In this document: piece by piece, positions 19,681 through 31,021 of the stretch
Numbering within the stretch: position 1 is the first letter of the stretch
How the letters are laid out: each line of letters starts with the position of its first letter
Source of the DNA: Mycobacterium tuberculosis H37Rv
Lineage (GTDB): Bacteria > Actinomycetota > Actinomycetes > Mycobacteriales > Mycobacteriaceae
Assembly: GCF_000195955.2 (NCBI RefSeq)
Contig: NC_000962.3
Span: 2,070,001 to 2,102,000, forward strand
DNA: 32,000 nt
Reading direction: 5' to 3'
The notes under the pieces: model-generated
Seen by the model: the letters and a program-made list of their open reading frames with translations, nothing else
Told to the model about the DNA's origin: nothing
Databases searched by the model: none
Program-made: the position numbers and the translations under genes

Positions 19681-20718
19681 TCAACGATGCGTCCCGTCGC
19701 GCATGGTGCCAACCAGGTCCTCCACCACGTCCTCCAGCGCCACCATCCCCACGACAGAACCGTTGTCGGCGGTTACCAAGGCCAGATGGCTGTTGATGCG
19801 CCGCATCCGCGACAGGGCGTCGGCCAGCGGCAACGATTGGGGAACCCGCGGCAGCGGGCGCACAACGGCCAGATCGATCACGGTTTGCGGATTGTCACCG
19901 AGGGTCAGCACGTCCTTGATGTGCAGATATCCGATGAACCTTCCACCGCGATCCACCACCGGAAAGCGGGAGTAGCCGGTTTGCGCCAAGGCCTGTTCGA
20001 CCCCGCCGATGGTGGGCCCGGACCCTACCGCCGACACCTGCACTGCCCGAATGTTGACCAGCGGCACCGCGACATCGGCAACCAGGCGAGTTCGAATCCG
20101 AAGGGCTCGGGTTAGCCGCGTGTGCTCCTCGTGATCCAGCAGGCCTTCGGATAGCGATTCGGCGATCATCTCGGACAGTTCCGCAGTGGAGACGGCGATG
20201 TCGAGTTCATCCTTCGGCTGCACCCCAACCAGCCGCAGTATCGCGTTGGCGCAGTTGTTGTAGAACGCGATGAACGGCCGGGCGAGGCGCACGTAGACCA
20301 GGTACGGCGGGACCAGCAACATCGCTGTTCGCTCCGGACCAGCCAAAGCGATGTTCTTCGGCACCATCTCACCGAGCAGGACATGCAGCGCCACCACGAT
20401 CGCCAACGACAAGGTGTGCAGCAGCGCCGGCGGTACACCGCTCAGCCCGAACGACAGCTGTAGCAGCTTGACGACTGCCGGTTCGCCGACCCGGCCAAGC
20501 AGGATCGAGGACACCGTAACCCCCAGCTGTGCGCCGGTCAGCATCGCCGGGAGCTGTTCGCCCGCCCGGATCACGGTGACGGCAGTGGCCTTGCCCTGCT
20601 CGGCCAGCGCTTCGAGGCGGTCACGACGCGCCGAGATCAACGCGAATTCCGCGCCCACGAAGAACGCGTTGGCGCCGATCAGCAAAAGCGCCAGCAACAC
20701 CGCGGACAGCACATCCAT
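19681..20718 (-). CDS. CNNM/CorC-type membrane protein with DUF21 and CBS domains (Rv1841c-like)
   Basis: 345 aa from ATG at 20718. NAFFVGAEFALISARRDRLEAL; CBS-like SRFPVVDRGGRFIGYLHIKDVL and GMVALEDVVEDLVG. Confidence 0.88.
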   Translation of the reverse strand: MDVLSAVLLALLLIGANAFFVGAEFALISARRDRLEALAEQGKATAVTVIRAGEQLPAMLTGAQLGVTVSSILLGRVGEPAVVKLLQLSFGLSGVPPALLHTLSLAIVVALHVLLGEMVPKNIALAGPERTAMLLVPPYLVYVRLARPFIAFYNNCANAILRLVGVQPKDELDIAVSTAELSEMIAESLSEGLLDHEEHTRLTRALRIRTRLVADVAVPLVNIRAVQVSAVGSGPTIGGVEQALAQTGYSRFPVVDRGGRFIGYLHIKDVLTLGDNPQTVIDLAVVRPLPRVPQSLPLADALSRMRRINSHLALVTADNGSVVGMVALEDVVEDLVGTMRDGTHR

Positions 20719-22085
20719 CAGCGGCCCCGCCCCGACCCGGGGTCGGCATGGCCGCCCATTTTGATCAACTCCAACAAGTCGATCCGGCGCCCGTCCATCT
20801 GGATCACGGTGGCTAACCACCGCATCGAGTCGTCGGGAAGTCCGTCCTGGTCCAAGGCAGTCAGCTCGACCGTTTCGCCGGCCACCGGGATGTGGCCGAG
20901 CTCTCGAAGCACCAACCCGCCGATCGTCTCGTACGGACCGTCGGGGGCTCGATAGCCGGTGGCGCTGGCCACCTCGTCGATGCGTAGCAGACCCGAGACC
21001 CGCCATCCGTTGCCGGCTGCCACCACATCCGGTGTCGCATCGTCGTGTTCGTCGCGGACGTCGCCCACGATCTCTTCGATCAAGTCCTCCAGGGTTACCA
21101 TGCCCGCGGTGCCGCCGTACTCGTCCACAACCATGGCGGTCTGTAGCGCACTGGCGCGGACCTGCGCCATCACCGCATCGCCGTCGAGCGTCGAGGGCAC
21201 CACCGCGACCGGCTCGGCGACCGTCGTTAGCAGCGTGTGCGCGCGATCGCCGGGCGGAACCTCGAACACCTGCTTGACGTGCACGATGCCGACGGTCGCA
21301 TCGAGATCTCCCTCGACCACCGGGAAGCGCGAGAATCCCGATGCGGCCGCGGCCGCAACCAGGTCGGCGATGGTGTCATCGGTCTGCAGCGCCACGATCT
21401 TCGACCGTGGCGTCATCAGCTCCTCGGCCGTCAGGGCGCCGAACTGCAGCGAGCGGCGCATCAGCCACGCCGTGGCGTCATCGAGTGCGCCGCTGCGCGC
21501 GGAACTACGCACCAACGACACCAGCTCCTGCGGTGTGCGAGCTGAGCGCAGCTCCTCGGCCGGCTCGATGCCAAGTCGACGCACGATCCAGTTCGCCGCT
21601 CCGTTCGTGAGACGGATGGCCGGGGTGAGCAGCAGTGAGAACAGCACCTGGCCGGCCACGACTGAGCGCGCGGTGCGCAGCGGGCGCGCCACCGCGAGAT
21701 ACTTGGGGACCAGCTCGCCGAAGACCATCGACAGCGATGTCACGATCACCAGGGCAAAAAACGTGATAAGACCGTCGGCCACCCGATCAGACATTCCGAC
21801 TGCGACCAGCCCAGGATGCGGTAGCTCGGCCACCAGCGGTTCGGTCAGGTAGCCGGTAGCCAAGGTGGTGATCGAGATACCCAACTGAGCACCCGAAAGC
21901 TGGAACGACAGCCGGTGGTGTGCGCGCTGGATGAAGCGGTCCCGACTGGTGCCGCCGCGGGCGTTGGCCTCCACGGTGCTGCGGTCCAGCGCGGTCAGCG
22001 AGAATTCGGCCGCGACGAACACCCCCGTGCCTGCGGTGAGCGCCAAGATCGCCAGGATGGTGGCGACGGTATCGGTGAGGTTCAC
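20718..22085 (-). CDS. CNNM/CorC-type membrane protein with DUF21, CBS and CorC-HlyC domains (Rv1842c-like)
   Basis: 455 aa. [16 protein letters not shown]; [24 protein letters not shown]; [25 protein letters not shown]. Confidence 0.9.
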
Positions 22086-22258
22086 GGGCGGCTCGGTCGT
22101 CGCGCTATATCGGGCCGAGCCAGTACCGGCCGCTCGCCTGGAAAACCGACGGTGTGGACGGGTGCCCGCGGCACGTCATCCCTTTCGCTCGCAACCGCGC
22201 AGCGCGATACTGCGGGTTTGAAGTACACATCGTAGCGAGATAGCTCGTGGCGCCAGCT

Positions 22259-23698
<1,440 letters not shown>

Positions 23699-23730
23699 TT
23701 ACCCCTTTACCCCCTTTTAGTTCTAGCCCG

Positions 23731-25188
23731 CTACACCGGTACTTCGGTGCGGTCTGAACTCCATAGTGTGTGGAACTTGCCTGGTTCGTCGATCCGGCCG
23801 TAGGTGTGTGCGCCGAAGAAGTCGCGCTGGGCCTGGGTGAGTGCAGCGGGCAGCCGCGCGGTGCGCAGCGCGTCGTAATACGACAGGGCCGACGAGAATC
23901 CCGGGGTCGGGATACCCAGTTGGGCCGCCGTCGACACCACACGCCGCCAACTGTCGATCGCCGATTCGACGGCGCCGCGGAAATACGGGGCCACAATCAG
24001 ACTGGCCAGGTTCGGGCTGGCGTCAAAGGCTTCCTTGATGTGGTTGAGGAACTTCGCCCGGATGATGCAGCCGCCACGCCAGATGGTGGCCAGGTCGCCC
24101 GGCGTGATGTCCCAGCCGAATTCGGCGCTGCCGGCCTGGATCTGGTTGAAGCCCTGAGCGTAGGCCACGATCTTGGAGGCGTACAACGCCTGGCGGACGT
24201 CTTCGGTGAACGTGGCGGGGTCGGCGGGCTGCTCGCCGAGCTTGCCCGAAGCCAGACCGCTGGCGGCCGAGCGTTGCCCCACGGATCCCGAGAGAGCGCG
24301 GGCAAACACCGCTTCGGCGATGCCGGTCACCGGCACACCCAGGTCCAGCGCGGACTTGACGGTCCAACGGCCGGTGCCTTTCTGCTCGGCCCGGTCCACG
24401 ATGACGTCGACGAGCGGTTTGCCGGTCTTGGCATCGGTCTGCCGCAGCACCTCGGCGGTGATCTCGACCAGGTAGCTGTCCAGATCGCCATTGTTCCACT
24501 CGGTGAACACATCGGCGATCGCCGGCGCGGTCAGACCTAGCCCGTCGCGCATCAGCTGGTAGGCCTCACCGATGAGCTGCATGTCGGAGTACTCGATGCC
24601 GTTGTGGACCATCTTGACGAAGTGCCCGGAGCCGTCCGGGCCAATGTGGGTGCAGCACGGCACGCCGTCGACATGCGCGGAGATCTCCTCGAGCAGCGGA
24701 CCCAGCGATTGGTATGACTCGGCGGGTCCGCCGGGCATGATCGACGGCCCGTTCAACGCGCCCTCTTCGCCGCCGGAGATCCCGGCCCCGACGAAGTGCA
24801 AGCCCCGCTCACGCATCGCTTTCTCGCGGCGCATGGTGTCGGTGTACAACGCATTGCCGCCGTCGATGATGATGTCGCCGGGTTCCATGGCGTCAGCAAG
24901 TTCGTTGATGACAGCGTCAGCGTCAGTGGCCTCTCCGGCCTTGACCATGATCAGCACCCGACGCGGTTTTTCCAGTGCGGCAAGAAATTCGGGGATCGTT
25001 TCACTGCGCACGAACTTGCCGTCTGAGCTGTGCTCCTTAAGCAGCGCGTCGGTCTTGGCGACCGACCGATTGTGCACTGCCACGGTGTAGCCGTGCCGGG
25101 CGAAGTTTCGGGCGATGTTGGAACCCATCACGGCCAGGCCAGTGACGCCGATCTGCGCGATGCCGGCTGGCGATTCCGACGAACTCAT
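23731..25188 (-). CDS. gnd1: 6-phosphogluconate dehydrogenase
   Basis: 485 aa from ATG at 25188. IGVTGLAVMGSNIARNFARHGYTVAVHNR; HNGIEYSDMQLIGEAY; GTGRWTVKSALDLGVPV. Confidence 0.95.
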   Translation of the reverse strand: MSSSESPAGIAQIGVTGLAVMGSNIARNFARHGYTVAVHNRSVAKTDALLKEHSSDGKFVRSETIPEFLAALEKPRRVLIMVKAGEATDADAVINELADAMEPGDIIIDGGNALYTDTMRREKAMRERGLHFVGAGISGGEEGALNGPSIMPGGPAESYQSLGPLLEEISAHVDGVPCCTHIGPDGSGHFVKMVHNGIEYSDMQLIGEAYQLMRDGLGLTAPAIADVFTEWNNGDLDSYLVEITAEVLRQTDAKTGKPLVDVIVDRAEQKGTGRWTVKSALDLGVPVTGIAEAVFARALSGSVGQRSAASGLASGKLGEQPADPATFTEDVRQALYASKIVAYAQGFNQIQAGSAEFGWDITPGDLATIWRGGCIIRAKFLNHIKEAFDASPNLASLIVAPYFRGAVESAIDSWRRVVSTAAQLGIPTPGFSSALSYYDALRTARLPAALTQAQRDFFGAHTYGRIDEPGKFHTLWSSDRTEVPV

Positions 25189-25217
25189 GTCCTGCCTTTC
25201 AGTTGGGCCCGGCTTCG

Positions 25218-26168
25218 CTAGGCGATGAACAGCCGCTGCAGCTGCGTGAGCCACGGTACGGCCAGCGCGACGGTGGGCACCACCAGGACGGCGGCCGCAG
25301 CTAGATATGCGGCCGCGGACAGAACCGCGCTATTTCCACGCCCCGACAGCCGGCGCACGCGGAGCACCGTGCTGGGACCTCCGACGGCCAACGCACCCGA
25401 CGGCGCCCGCCCGGACGCACAGGCGACCAATGCCCGAGCCAGGGGAGTGCGCCCGGCGGCGCGCACCGCGGCGTCATCGGCCAGGAGCTCGACGAGTAGC
25501 TGCACCGCCCCCAGCGCATTGGCGCTGCGGACCAACCGCGGGAAAGCCGCGTGCACCGCGGTAAACGCCTCCAGGACAAGATCGTGGCGGGCGCGTAGAT
25601 GAGCCCGCTCATGGGTAAGGATCGCCGCGACCTCGGCGTCGGCGAGCGCGGTCAGTGTGCCTTCGCTGACCACAACCCGGCTACGCACACCGGGCAGACA
25701 GTAGGCAAGGGGCTGCGCGACGTCCAAGACCCGAAGGTCGCGGGCCCGCGCGCACGGCTGGGCAAGCGCGCCATTGTGTCCGACCCCGACGAGATCGACC
25801 ACCATGCGGTGGTGTGCCCGTCGTCGTCGCGTGGCGGTGGCGACGCGCACCACGGCGACCGCCAGCCGGGCACCGACCAGCACAGTCAACGCAAAGACGG
25901 TGATGTAGGCCGCCCACAGCGGCCAGCCGAGGCGGCCGGCCGCGCCGACGAAGCTGGTCGTAGGGCGTCCGTCGGGACCGGGCATGAGCAGCCTGCTAGC
26001 GATCGCGATTCCGGCGCTGAACGACGACAGCACCGCGGCCAGGGCAATCGCCTGCCACAGCACCATGGCGGCGCGCGGTGCGCGCAGTGGCCACGTTGCC
26101 CGGGCTAGCAGGGCTGGGGTCGGGCCAGCCAGCAGCACCGCGAGGATGGTGAAGGCCAGCGCGGACAC
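25218..26168 (-). CDS. M56-family membrane peptidase-like protein (BlaR-like, Rv1845c)
   Basis: 316 aa from GTG at 26168. Zinc-metallopeptidase motif AILTHERAHLRARHD (HExxH-like, HERAH) with several TM segments; next to blaI. Confidence 0.87.
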   Translation of the reverse strand: MSALAFTILAVLLAGPTPALLARATWPLRAPRAAMVLWQAIALAAVLSSFSAGIAIASRLLMPGPDGRPTTSFVGAAGRLGWPLWAAYITVFALTVLVGARLAVAVVRVATATRRRRAHHRMVVDLVGVGHNGALAQPCARARDLRVLDVAQPLAYCLPGVRSRVVVSEGTLTALADAEVAAILTHERAHLRARHDLVLEAFTAVHAAFPRLVRSANALGAVQLLVELLADDAAVRAAGRTPLARALVACASGRAPSGALAVGGPSTVLRVRRLSGRGNSAVLSAAAYLAAAAVLVVPTVALAVPWLTQLQRLFIA

Positions 26169-26182
26169 GCCGTTAGTCTCCC

Positions 26183-26599
26183 TCAAGTCTCCGTTGCCGC
26201 GCCAGCCGGTGGCCGATTGCCATGACCGGCTTCCAATTCGGCGAGCGCACGTCGTAGCGCATCCGCCTCGTCGGCACCGACTCGCTCGACGAAGTGCACC
26301 AGCGCGGCTTGCCTGCTGCCGGAGTCCTCGGCCTGAGCCAATGCATCGACCATCAGCCCGGCGACCAATTCGTCGCGGCCGTGCACGGGAGCGTAGCGGT
26401 GGGCTCGATCGTCGCGGATCTGCAGCACGAGGTTCTTCTTTGCCAACCGTTGCAGCACGGTCATCACCGTCGTGTAGGCAAGGTCGCGGCGCGCCGACAA
26501 CGCTTCGTGGACTTGGCGAACGGTTTGGGGTTCCGTCCTGGACCACAAATGGTCCATGACCGCGCGTTCCAAATCCCCCAACCGTGTCAGCTTGGCCAT
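26183..26599 (-). CDS. blaI: BlaI-type transcriptional repressor
   Basis: 138 aa. LGDLERAVMDHLWSRTEPQTVRQVHEALSARRDLAYTTVMTVLQRLAKKNLV, winged-helix BlaI/MecI/CopY family. Confidence 0.95.
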   Translation of the reverse strand: MAKLTRLGDLERAVMDHLWSRTEPQTVRQVHEALSARRDLAYTTVMTVLQRLAKKNLVLQIRDDRAHRYAPVHGRDELVAGLMVDALAQAEDSGSRQAALVHFVERVGADEADALRRALAELEAGHGNRPPAGAATET

Positions 26600-26642
26600 T
26601 GTTCGTTCATCTCCTGCGGGTTGAAACCAGCGTACTCCGGCT

Positions 26643-26659
26643 TACTACTCGCTGTCGTA
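26643..26659. promoter_or_regulatory. Candidate BlaI operator
   Basis: TACTAC-TCGCT-GTCGTA: imperfect dyad with 5 of 6 half-site matches (TACTAC vs TACGAC), 43 nt upstream of the blaI start. Resembles TACTACA...TGTAGTA-type BlaI/MecI operators. Confidence 0.5.
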
Positions 26660-26731
26660 TCCAAACCGGCGGGCGGCCGTACCGGGCCTATGCACCCGGC
26701 TCGCAAACATTACACGCTAACGCTTGCTAAA

Positions 26732-26750
26732 TTAGGGCAGCCTTGCCTAT
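26732..26750. promoter_or_regulatory. Candidate IdeR (iron) box
   Basis: TTAGGGCAGCCTTGCCTAT matches 13 of 19 positions of TTAGGTTAGGCTAACCTAA. Overlaps a plus-strand promoter TTGCTA (26724-26729), 18 nt, TATCAT (26748-26753). Confidence 0.6.
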
Positions 26751-26759
26751 CATTACTTC

Positions 26760-26860
26760 GTCGAGCCACAACGACCGCGGCCGAGTCCTGAGGGCTGCAG
26801 TGACCCCCGGTCGACTCGATCGGCGAGCCCCGTGCCTTGGTGCACGGGGCTCGCCCGTTG
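26760..26860 (+). ncRNA. mrsI: Probable iron-responsive sRNA MrsI (ncRv11846); boundaries approximate
   Basis: About 100 nt between a candidate IdeR-controlled promoter and a GC hairpin GGCGAGCCCCGTGC-CTTGGT-GCACGGGGCTCGCC (26822-26835/26842-26855). Strand and position fit the reported sRNA between Rv1846c and Rv1847. Confidence 0.7.
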
Positions 26861-26876
26861 GTGTAGACACAAGGAC

Positions 26877-27299
26877 GTGCAGCCATCGCCGGACTCACCC
26901 GCTCCGCTGAATGTCACCGTGCCGTTCGACAGCGAGTTGGGTTTGCAATTCACCGAACTGGGTCCCGACGGGGCCCGAGCGCAGCTCGACGTCCGGCCCA
27001 AGTTGTTGCAGCTGACGGGCGTCGTGCACGGCGGTGTCTACTGCGCGATGATCGAGAGCATCGCCAGCATGGCAGCCTTTGCCTGGCTCAATTCGCACGG
27101 CGAAGGCGGGAGTGTGGTCGGCGTTAACAATAATACGGATTTCGTGCGCTCCATCAGCTCAGGGATGGTGTATGGCACCGCCGAACCGCTGCATCGGGGT
27201 CGGCGGCAACAGCTGTGGCTGGTCACCATCACCGACGACACCGACCGGGTGGTCGCCCGCGGCCAAGTGCGGCTGCAGAACCTCGAGGCGCGGCCTTAA
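26877..27299 (+). CDS. Hotdog-fold thioesterase (PaaI/YbdB-like, Rv1847-like)
   Basis: 140 aa from GTG 26877. LLQLTGVVHGGVYCAMIESIASMAAF...NNNTDFVRSISSGMVYGTAEPLHRGRRQQLWLVTITDD. Confidence 0.88.
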   Translation: MQPSPDSPAPLNVTVPFDSELGLQFTELGPDGARAQLDVRPKLLQLTGVVHGGVYCAMIESIASMAAFAWLNSHGEGGSVVGVNNNTDFVRSISSGMVYGTAEPLHRGRRQQLWLVTITDDTDRVVARGQVRLQNLEARP

Positions 27300-27347
27300 C
27301 CCGCTCGAAACCGTTGAACCTGCCGCGGCGTGGCAGGATCGCAGAGC

Positions 27348-27650
27348 ATGCGCCTGACGCCGCACGAACAGGAGCGTTTGCTGTTGTCCTACGCCGCCGA
27401 GTTGGCCCGCCGGCGTCGGGCCCGCGGCCTGCGCCTCAATCATCCGGAAGCCATCGCGGTGATCGCCGACCACATCCTGGAAGGCGCGCGTGACGGCCGC
27501 ACCGTCGCAGAGTTGATGGCATCCGGGCGTGAGGTGCTCGGCCGTGACGATGTGATGGAGGGAGTGCCGGAGATGCTCGCCGAGGTACAGGTGGAGGCGA
27601 CGTTTCCGGACGGCACCAAGTTGGTCACCGTGCATCAGCCGATCGCATGA
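27348..27650 (+). CDS. ureA: Urease gamma subunit
   Basis: 100 aa. [50 protein letters not shown]. Confidence 0.97.
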
Positions 27651-27961
27651 TTCCCGGAGAAATCTTTTACGGCAGTGGTGATATCGAGATGAACGCCGCG
27701 GCACTCTCCCGCCTGCAGATGCGGATCATCAACGCCGGCGATCGTCCGGTGCAGGTCGGTAGCCACGTCCATCTCCCGCAGGCCAATCGGGCGCTGTCAT
27801 TCGACCGTGCGACGGCCCACGGCTACCGTCTGGACATCCCGGCGGCGACAGCGGTGCGCTTCGAGCCGGGCATTCCCCAAATCGTCGGGTTGGTTCCGTT
27901 GGGCGGACGGCGCGAGGTACCCGGTCTGACGCTAAATCCGCCCGGACGGTTGGACCGCTGA
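27647..27961 (+). CDS. ureB: Urease beta subunit
   Basis: 104 aa. [16 protein letters not shown]...[20 protein letters not shown]; overlaps ureA by 4 nt. Confidence 0.97.
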
Positions 27962-29694
27962 TGGCGCGACTGTCAAGGGAGCGCTACGCACAGCTGTACG
28001 GACCTACCACCGGCGACCGGATACGGCTGGCCGACACCAACCTGCTGGTTGAGGTCACCGAAGACCGGTGTGGGGGACCGGGACTGGCCGGTGACGAGGC
28101 GGTGTTCGGCGGCGGCAAGGTGCTGCGCGAGTCCATGGGCCAGGGCCGTGCGAGCCGGGCCGACGGTGCCCCCGACACCGTGATCACCGGTGCGGTGATC
28201 ATCGACTACTGGGGAATCATCAAGGCCGACATCGGGATTCGCGATGGCCGCATCGTCGGGATCGGAAAGGCCGGCAATCCCGACATCATGACAGGTGTGC
28301 ATCGGGATCTCGTCGTCGGGCCGTCCACCGAAATCATCAGCGGCAACCGTCGAATCGTCACCGCAGGCACCGTCGACTGTCACGTGCACTTGATCTGTCC
28401 GCAGATCATCGTCGAAGCCTTGGCCGCGGGCACCACCACGATCATCGGCGGTGGCACCGGACCCGCCGAGGGCACCAAGGCCACCACAGTCACTCCCGGC
28501 GAGTGGCACCTGGCCCGGATGCTGGAGTCACTGGACGGTTGGCCGGTGAACTTCGCGCTGCTCGGCAAGGGAAACACCGTGAATCCCGACGCACTGTGGG
28601 AACAGTTGCGCGGTGGCGCATCGGGTTTCAAACTCCACGAAGACTGGGGATCGACCCCGGCGGCCATCGACACCTGCTTGGCGGTCGCCGACGTGGCCGG
28701 GGTGCAGGTTGCGCTGCACTCCGACACTCTCAATGAGACCGGATTCGTCGAGGACACCATCGGCGCGATCGCCGGACGTTCGATTCACGCCTACCACACC
28801 GAGGGCGCCGGCGGCGGGCACGCACCGGACATCATTACCGTCGCGGCGCAACCGAATGTACTGCCCAGCTCGACCAATCCGACCCGCCCGCATACGGTGA
28901 ACACCCTTGACGAGCATCTCGACATGCTGATGGTGTGCCACCACCTCAACCCCCGGATCCCGGAGGACCTCGCGTTTGCCGAAAGCCGGATCCGACCGTC
29001 CACCATTGCGGCAGAAGATGTGTTGCACGATATGGGGGCAATCTCGATGATTGGCAGCGATTCCCAGGCGATGGGCCGTGTCGGCGAGGTGGTGCTGCGC
29101 ACCTGGCAGACCGCGCACGTGATGAAAGCCCGCCGCGGGGCACTGGAAGGTGACCCGTCTGGTAGCCAAGCCGCCGACAACAACCGGGTCCGCCGCTACA
29201 TCGCCAAATACACCATCTGCCCGGCCATCGCACACGGCATGGATCACCTGATCGGTTCGGTGGAGGTGGGAAAGTTGGCCGACCTGGTGTTGTGGGAGCC
29301 GGCGTTTTTCGGGGTTCGCCCGCACGTCGTGCTCAAAGGTGGGGCGATCGCCTGGGCAGCGATGGGCGATGCGAACGCGTCAATCCCGACCCCGCAACCG
29401 GTGCTCCCGCGACCGATGTTCGGCGCGGCCGCGGCAACCGCGGCGGCGACCTCGGTGCACTTCGTCGCGCCGCAATCCATCGACGCGCGCCTGGCGGACC
29501 GGCTCGCGGTCAATCGGGGACTAGCGCCGGTGGCCGACGTGCGCGCAGTGGGCAAGACCGACCTGCCGCTCAATGATGCCCTACCGAGCATCGAGGTCGA
29601 TCCCGACACCTTCACCGTGCGAATCGACGGCCAGGTGTGGCAACCGCAGCCGGCCGCCGAACTACCTATGACACAACGGTATTTCCTGTTCTAA
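27961..29694 (+). CDS. ureC: Urease alpha subunit
   Basis: 577 aa. [20 protein letters not shown]; [13 protein letters not shown]; [16 protein letters not shown]; [22 protein letters not shown]. Confidence 0.98.
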
Positions 29695-30329
29695 TGACCT
29701 CGCTGGCCGTGCTGCTCACCCTCGCCGACTCGCGGCTGCCCACGGGTGCGCACGTGCACTCGGGCGGCATCGAAGAAGCCATCGCCGCCGGCATGGTGAC
29801 CGGCCTGGCCACCCTGGAAGCGTTCCTGAAACGGCGGGTCCGCACCCACGGCCTGCTGACGGCGTCCATCGCGGCCGCGGTGCACCGGGGCGAGCTGGCC
29901 GTCGACGACGCCGACCGGGAAACCGACGCGCGCACACCGGCTCCCGCGGCCAGACACGCCTCACGCAGCCAGGGCCGCGGGCTGATCAGGCTGGCACGGC
30001 GGGTGTGGCCCGATTCCGGCTGGGAGGAACTGGGCCCGAGGCCGCATCTGGCGGTTGTGGCCGGACGGGTCGGCGCGCTGAGCGGGCTGGCGCCCGAGCA
30101 CAACGCCTTGCACCTCGTCTACATCACAATGACCGGCTCGGCCATCGCCGCCCAGCGACTGCTGGCGCTAGATCCCGCCGAAGTGACCGTGGTGACCTTC
30201 CAGCTGTCCGAACTGTGCGAGCAGATCGCGCAGGAGGCCACAGCCGGACTGGCAGACTTGTCTGATCCGCTGCTGGACACGCTCGCCCAGCGGCATGACG
30301 AGCGCGTGCGTCCCCTGTTCGTTTCCTGA
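29694..30329 (+). CDS. ureF: Urease accessory protein UreF
   Basis: 211 aa. LTLADSRLPTGAHVHSGGIEEAIAAG; ATG overlaps the ureC stop by 1 nt. Confidence 0.94.
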   Translation: MTSLAVLLTLADSRLPTGAHVHSGGIEEAIAAGMVTGLATLEAFLKRRVRTHGLLTASIAAAVHRGELAVDDADRETDARTPAPAARHASRSQGRGLIRLARRVWPDSGWEELGPRPHLAVVAGRVGALSGLAPEHNALHLVYITMTGSAIAAQRLLALDPAEVTVVTFQLSELCEQIAQEATAGLADLSDPLLDTLAQRHDERVRPLFVS

Positions 30330-30339
30330 AAGGTAAGGC

Positions 30340-31014
30340 ATGGCAACGCATTCCCATCCCCACTCGCACACCGTGCCCGCTCGGCCAAGGCGGGTCCGCA
30401 AACCGGGCGAGCCACTGCGCATCGGCGTCGGCGGCCCGGTCGGCTCCGGCAAGACCGCACTGGTGGCGGCGCTGTGCCGGCAATTGCGGGGAGAGCTGTC
30501 GCTGGCGGTGCTGACCAACGACATCTACACCACCGAAGACGCCGACTTCTTGCGCACACATGCGGTGCTGCCAGACGACCGGATCGCGGCCGTGCAGACC
30601 GGCGGCTGCCCGCACACCGCGATCCGCGACGACATCACCGCCAACCTGGATGCGATCGACGAGTTGATGGCCGCCCACGACGCGTTGGACCTGATCCTGG
30701 TCGAATCCGGCGGCGATAACCTCACGGCCACCTTCTCTTCGGGGCTGGTGGATGCGCAGATCTTCGTCATTGACGTTGCCGGCGGCGACAAGGTGCCGCG
30801 CAAGGGCGGGCCGGGGGTGACCTATTCGGATTTGTTGGTAGTCAACAAGACTGACCTGGCTGCATTGGTGGGCGCCGACCTGGCGGTGATGGCCCGCGAT
30901 GCGGACGCGGTGCGCGACGGCCGCCCGACGGTGCTGCAATCGTTGACCGAGGACCCAGCTGCCAGCGATGTCGTGGCCTGGGTTCGTAGTCAACTGGCCG
31001 CCGATGGAGTCTAG
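30340..31014 (+). CDS. ureG: Urease accessory GTPase UreG
   Basis: 224 aa. P-loop [11 protein letters not shown]; [15 protein letters not shown]; LVVNKTDLA. His-rich N-terminus. Confidence 0.97.
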   Translation: MATHSHPHSHTVPARPRRVRKPGEPLRIGVGGPVGSGKTALVAALCRQLRGELSLAVLTNDIYTTEDADFLRTHAVLPDDRIAAVQTGGCPHTAIRDDITANLDAIDELMAAHDALDLILVESGGDNLTATFSSGLVDAQIFVIDVAGGDKVPRKGGPGVTYSDLLVVNKTDLAALVGADLAVMARDADAVRDGRPTVLQSLTEDPAASDVVAWVRSQLAADGV

Positions 31015-31021
31015 TGTTCTG

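Noticed and set aside
18104-20115. Long plus-strand ORFs of 366 aa (Pro-rich) and 570 aa (Ala/Val-rich) across PE_PGRS34
   Set aside because: They mirror the GGNGG-coding repeats on the other strand and run into the next gene. No independent start signals or recognisable domains.
22090-22121. Inverted repeat GGCTCGG...CCGAGCC just upstream of Rv1842c
   Set aside because: Only a 7-bp stem with an 18-nt loop in very GC-rich DNA; expected by chance and not positioned as a recognisable regulatory element.
23744-23761. Short hairpin CACCG-GTACTT-CGGTG inside the gnd1 C-terminal codons
   Set aside because: Five-base stem within coding sequence, too weak to call a terminator or regulator.
26294-26791. 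165-aa plus-strand ORF opposite blaI and its promoter
   Set aside because: It overlaps the antisense of a clear BlaI gene and the operator/iron-box region. No domain evidence.
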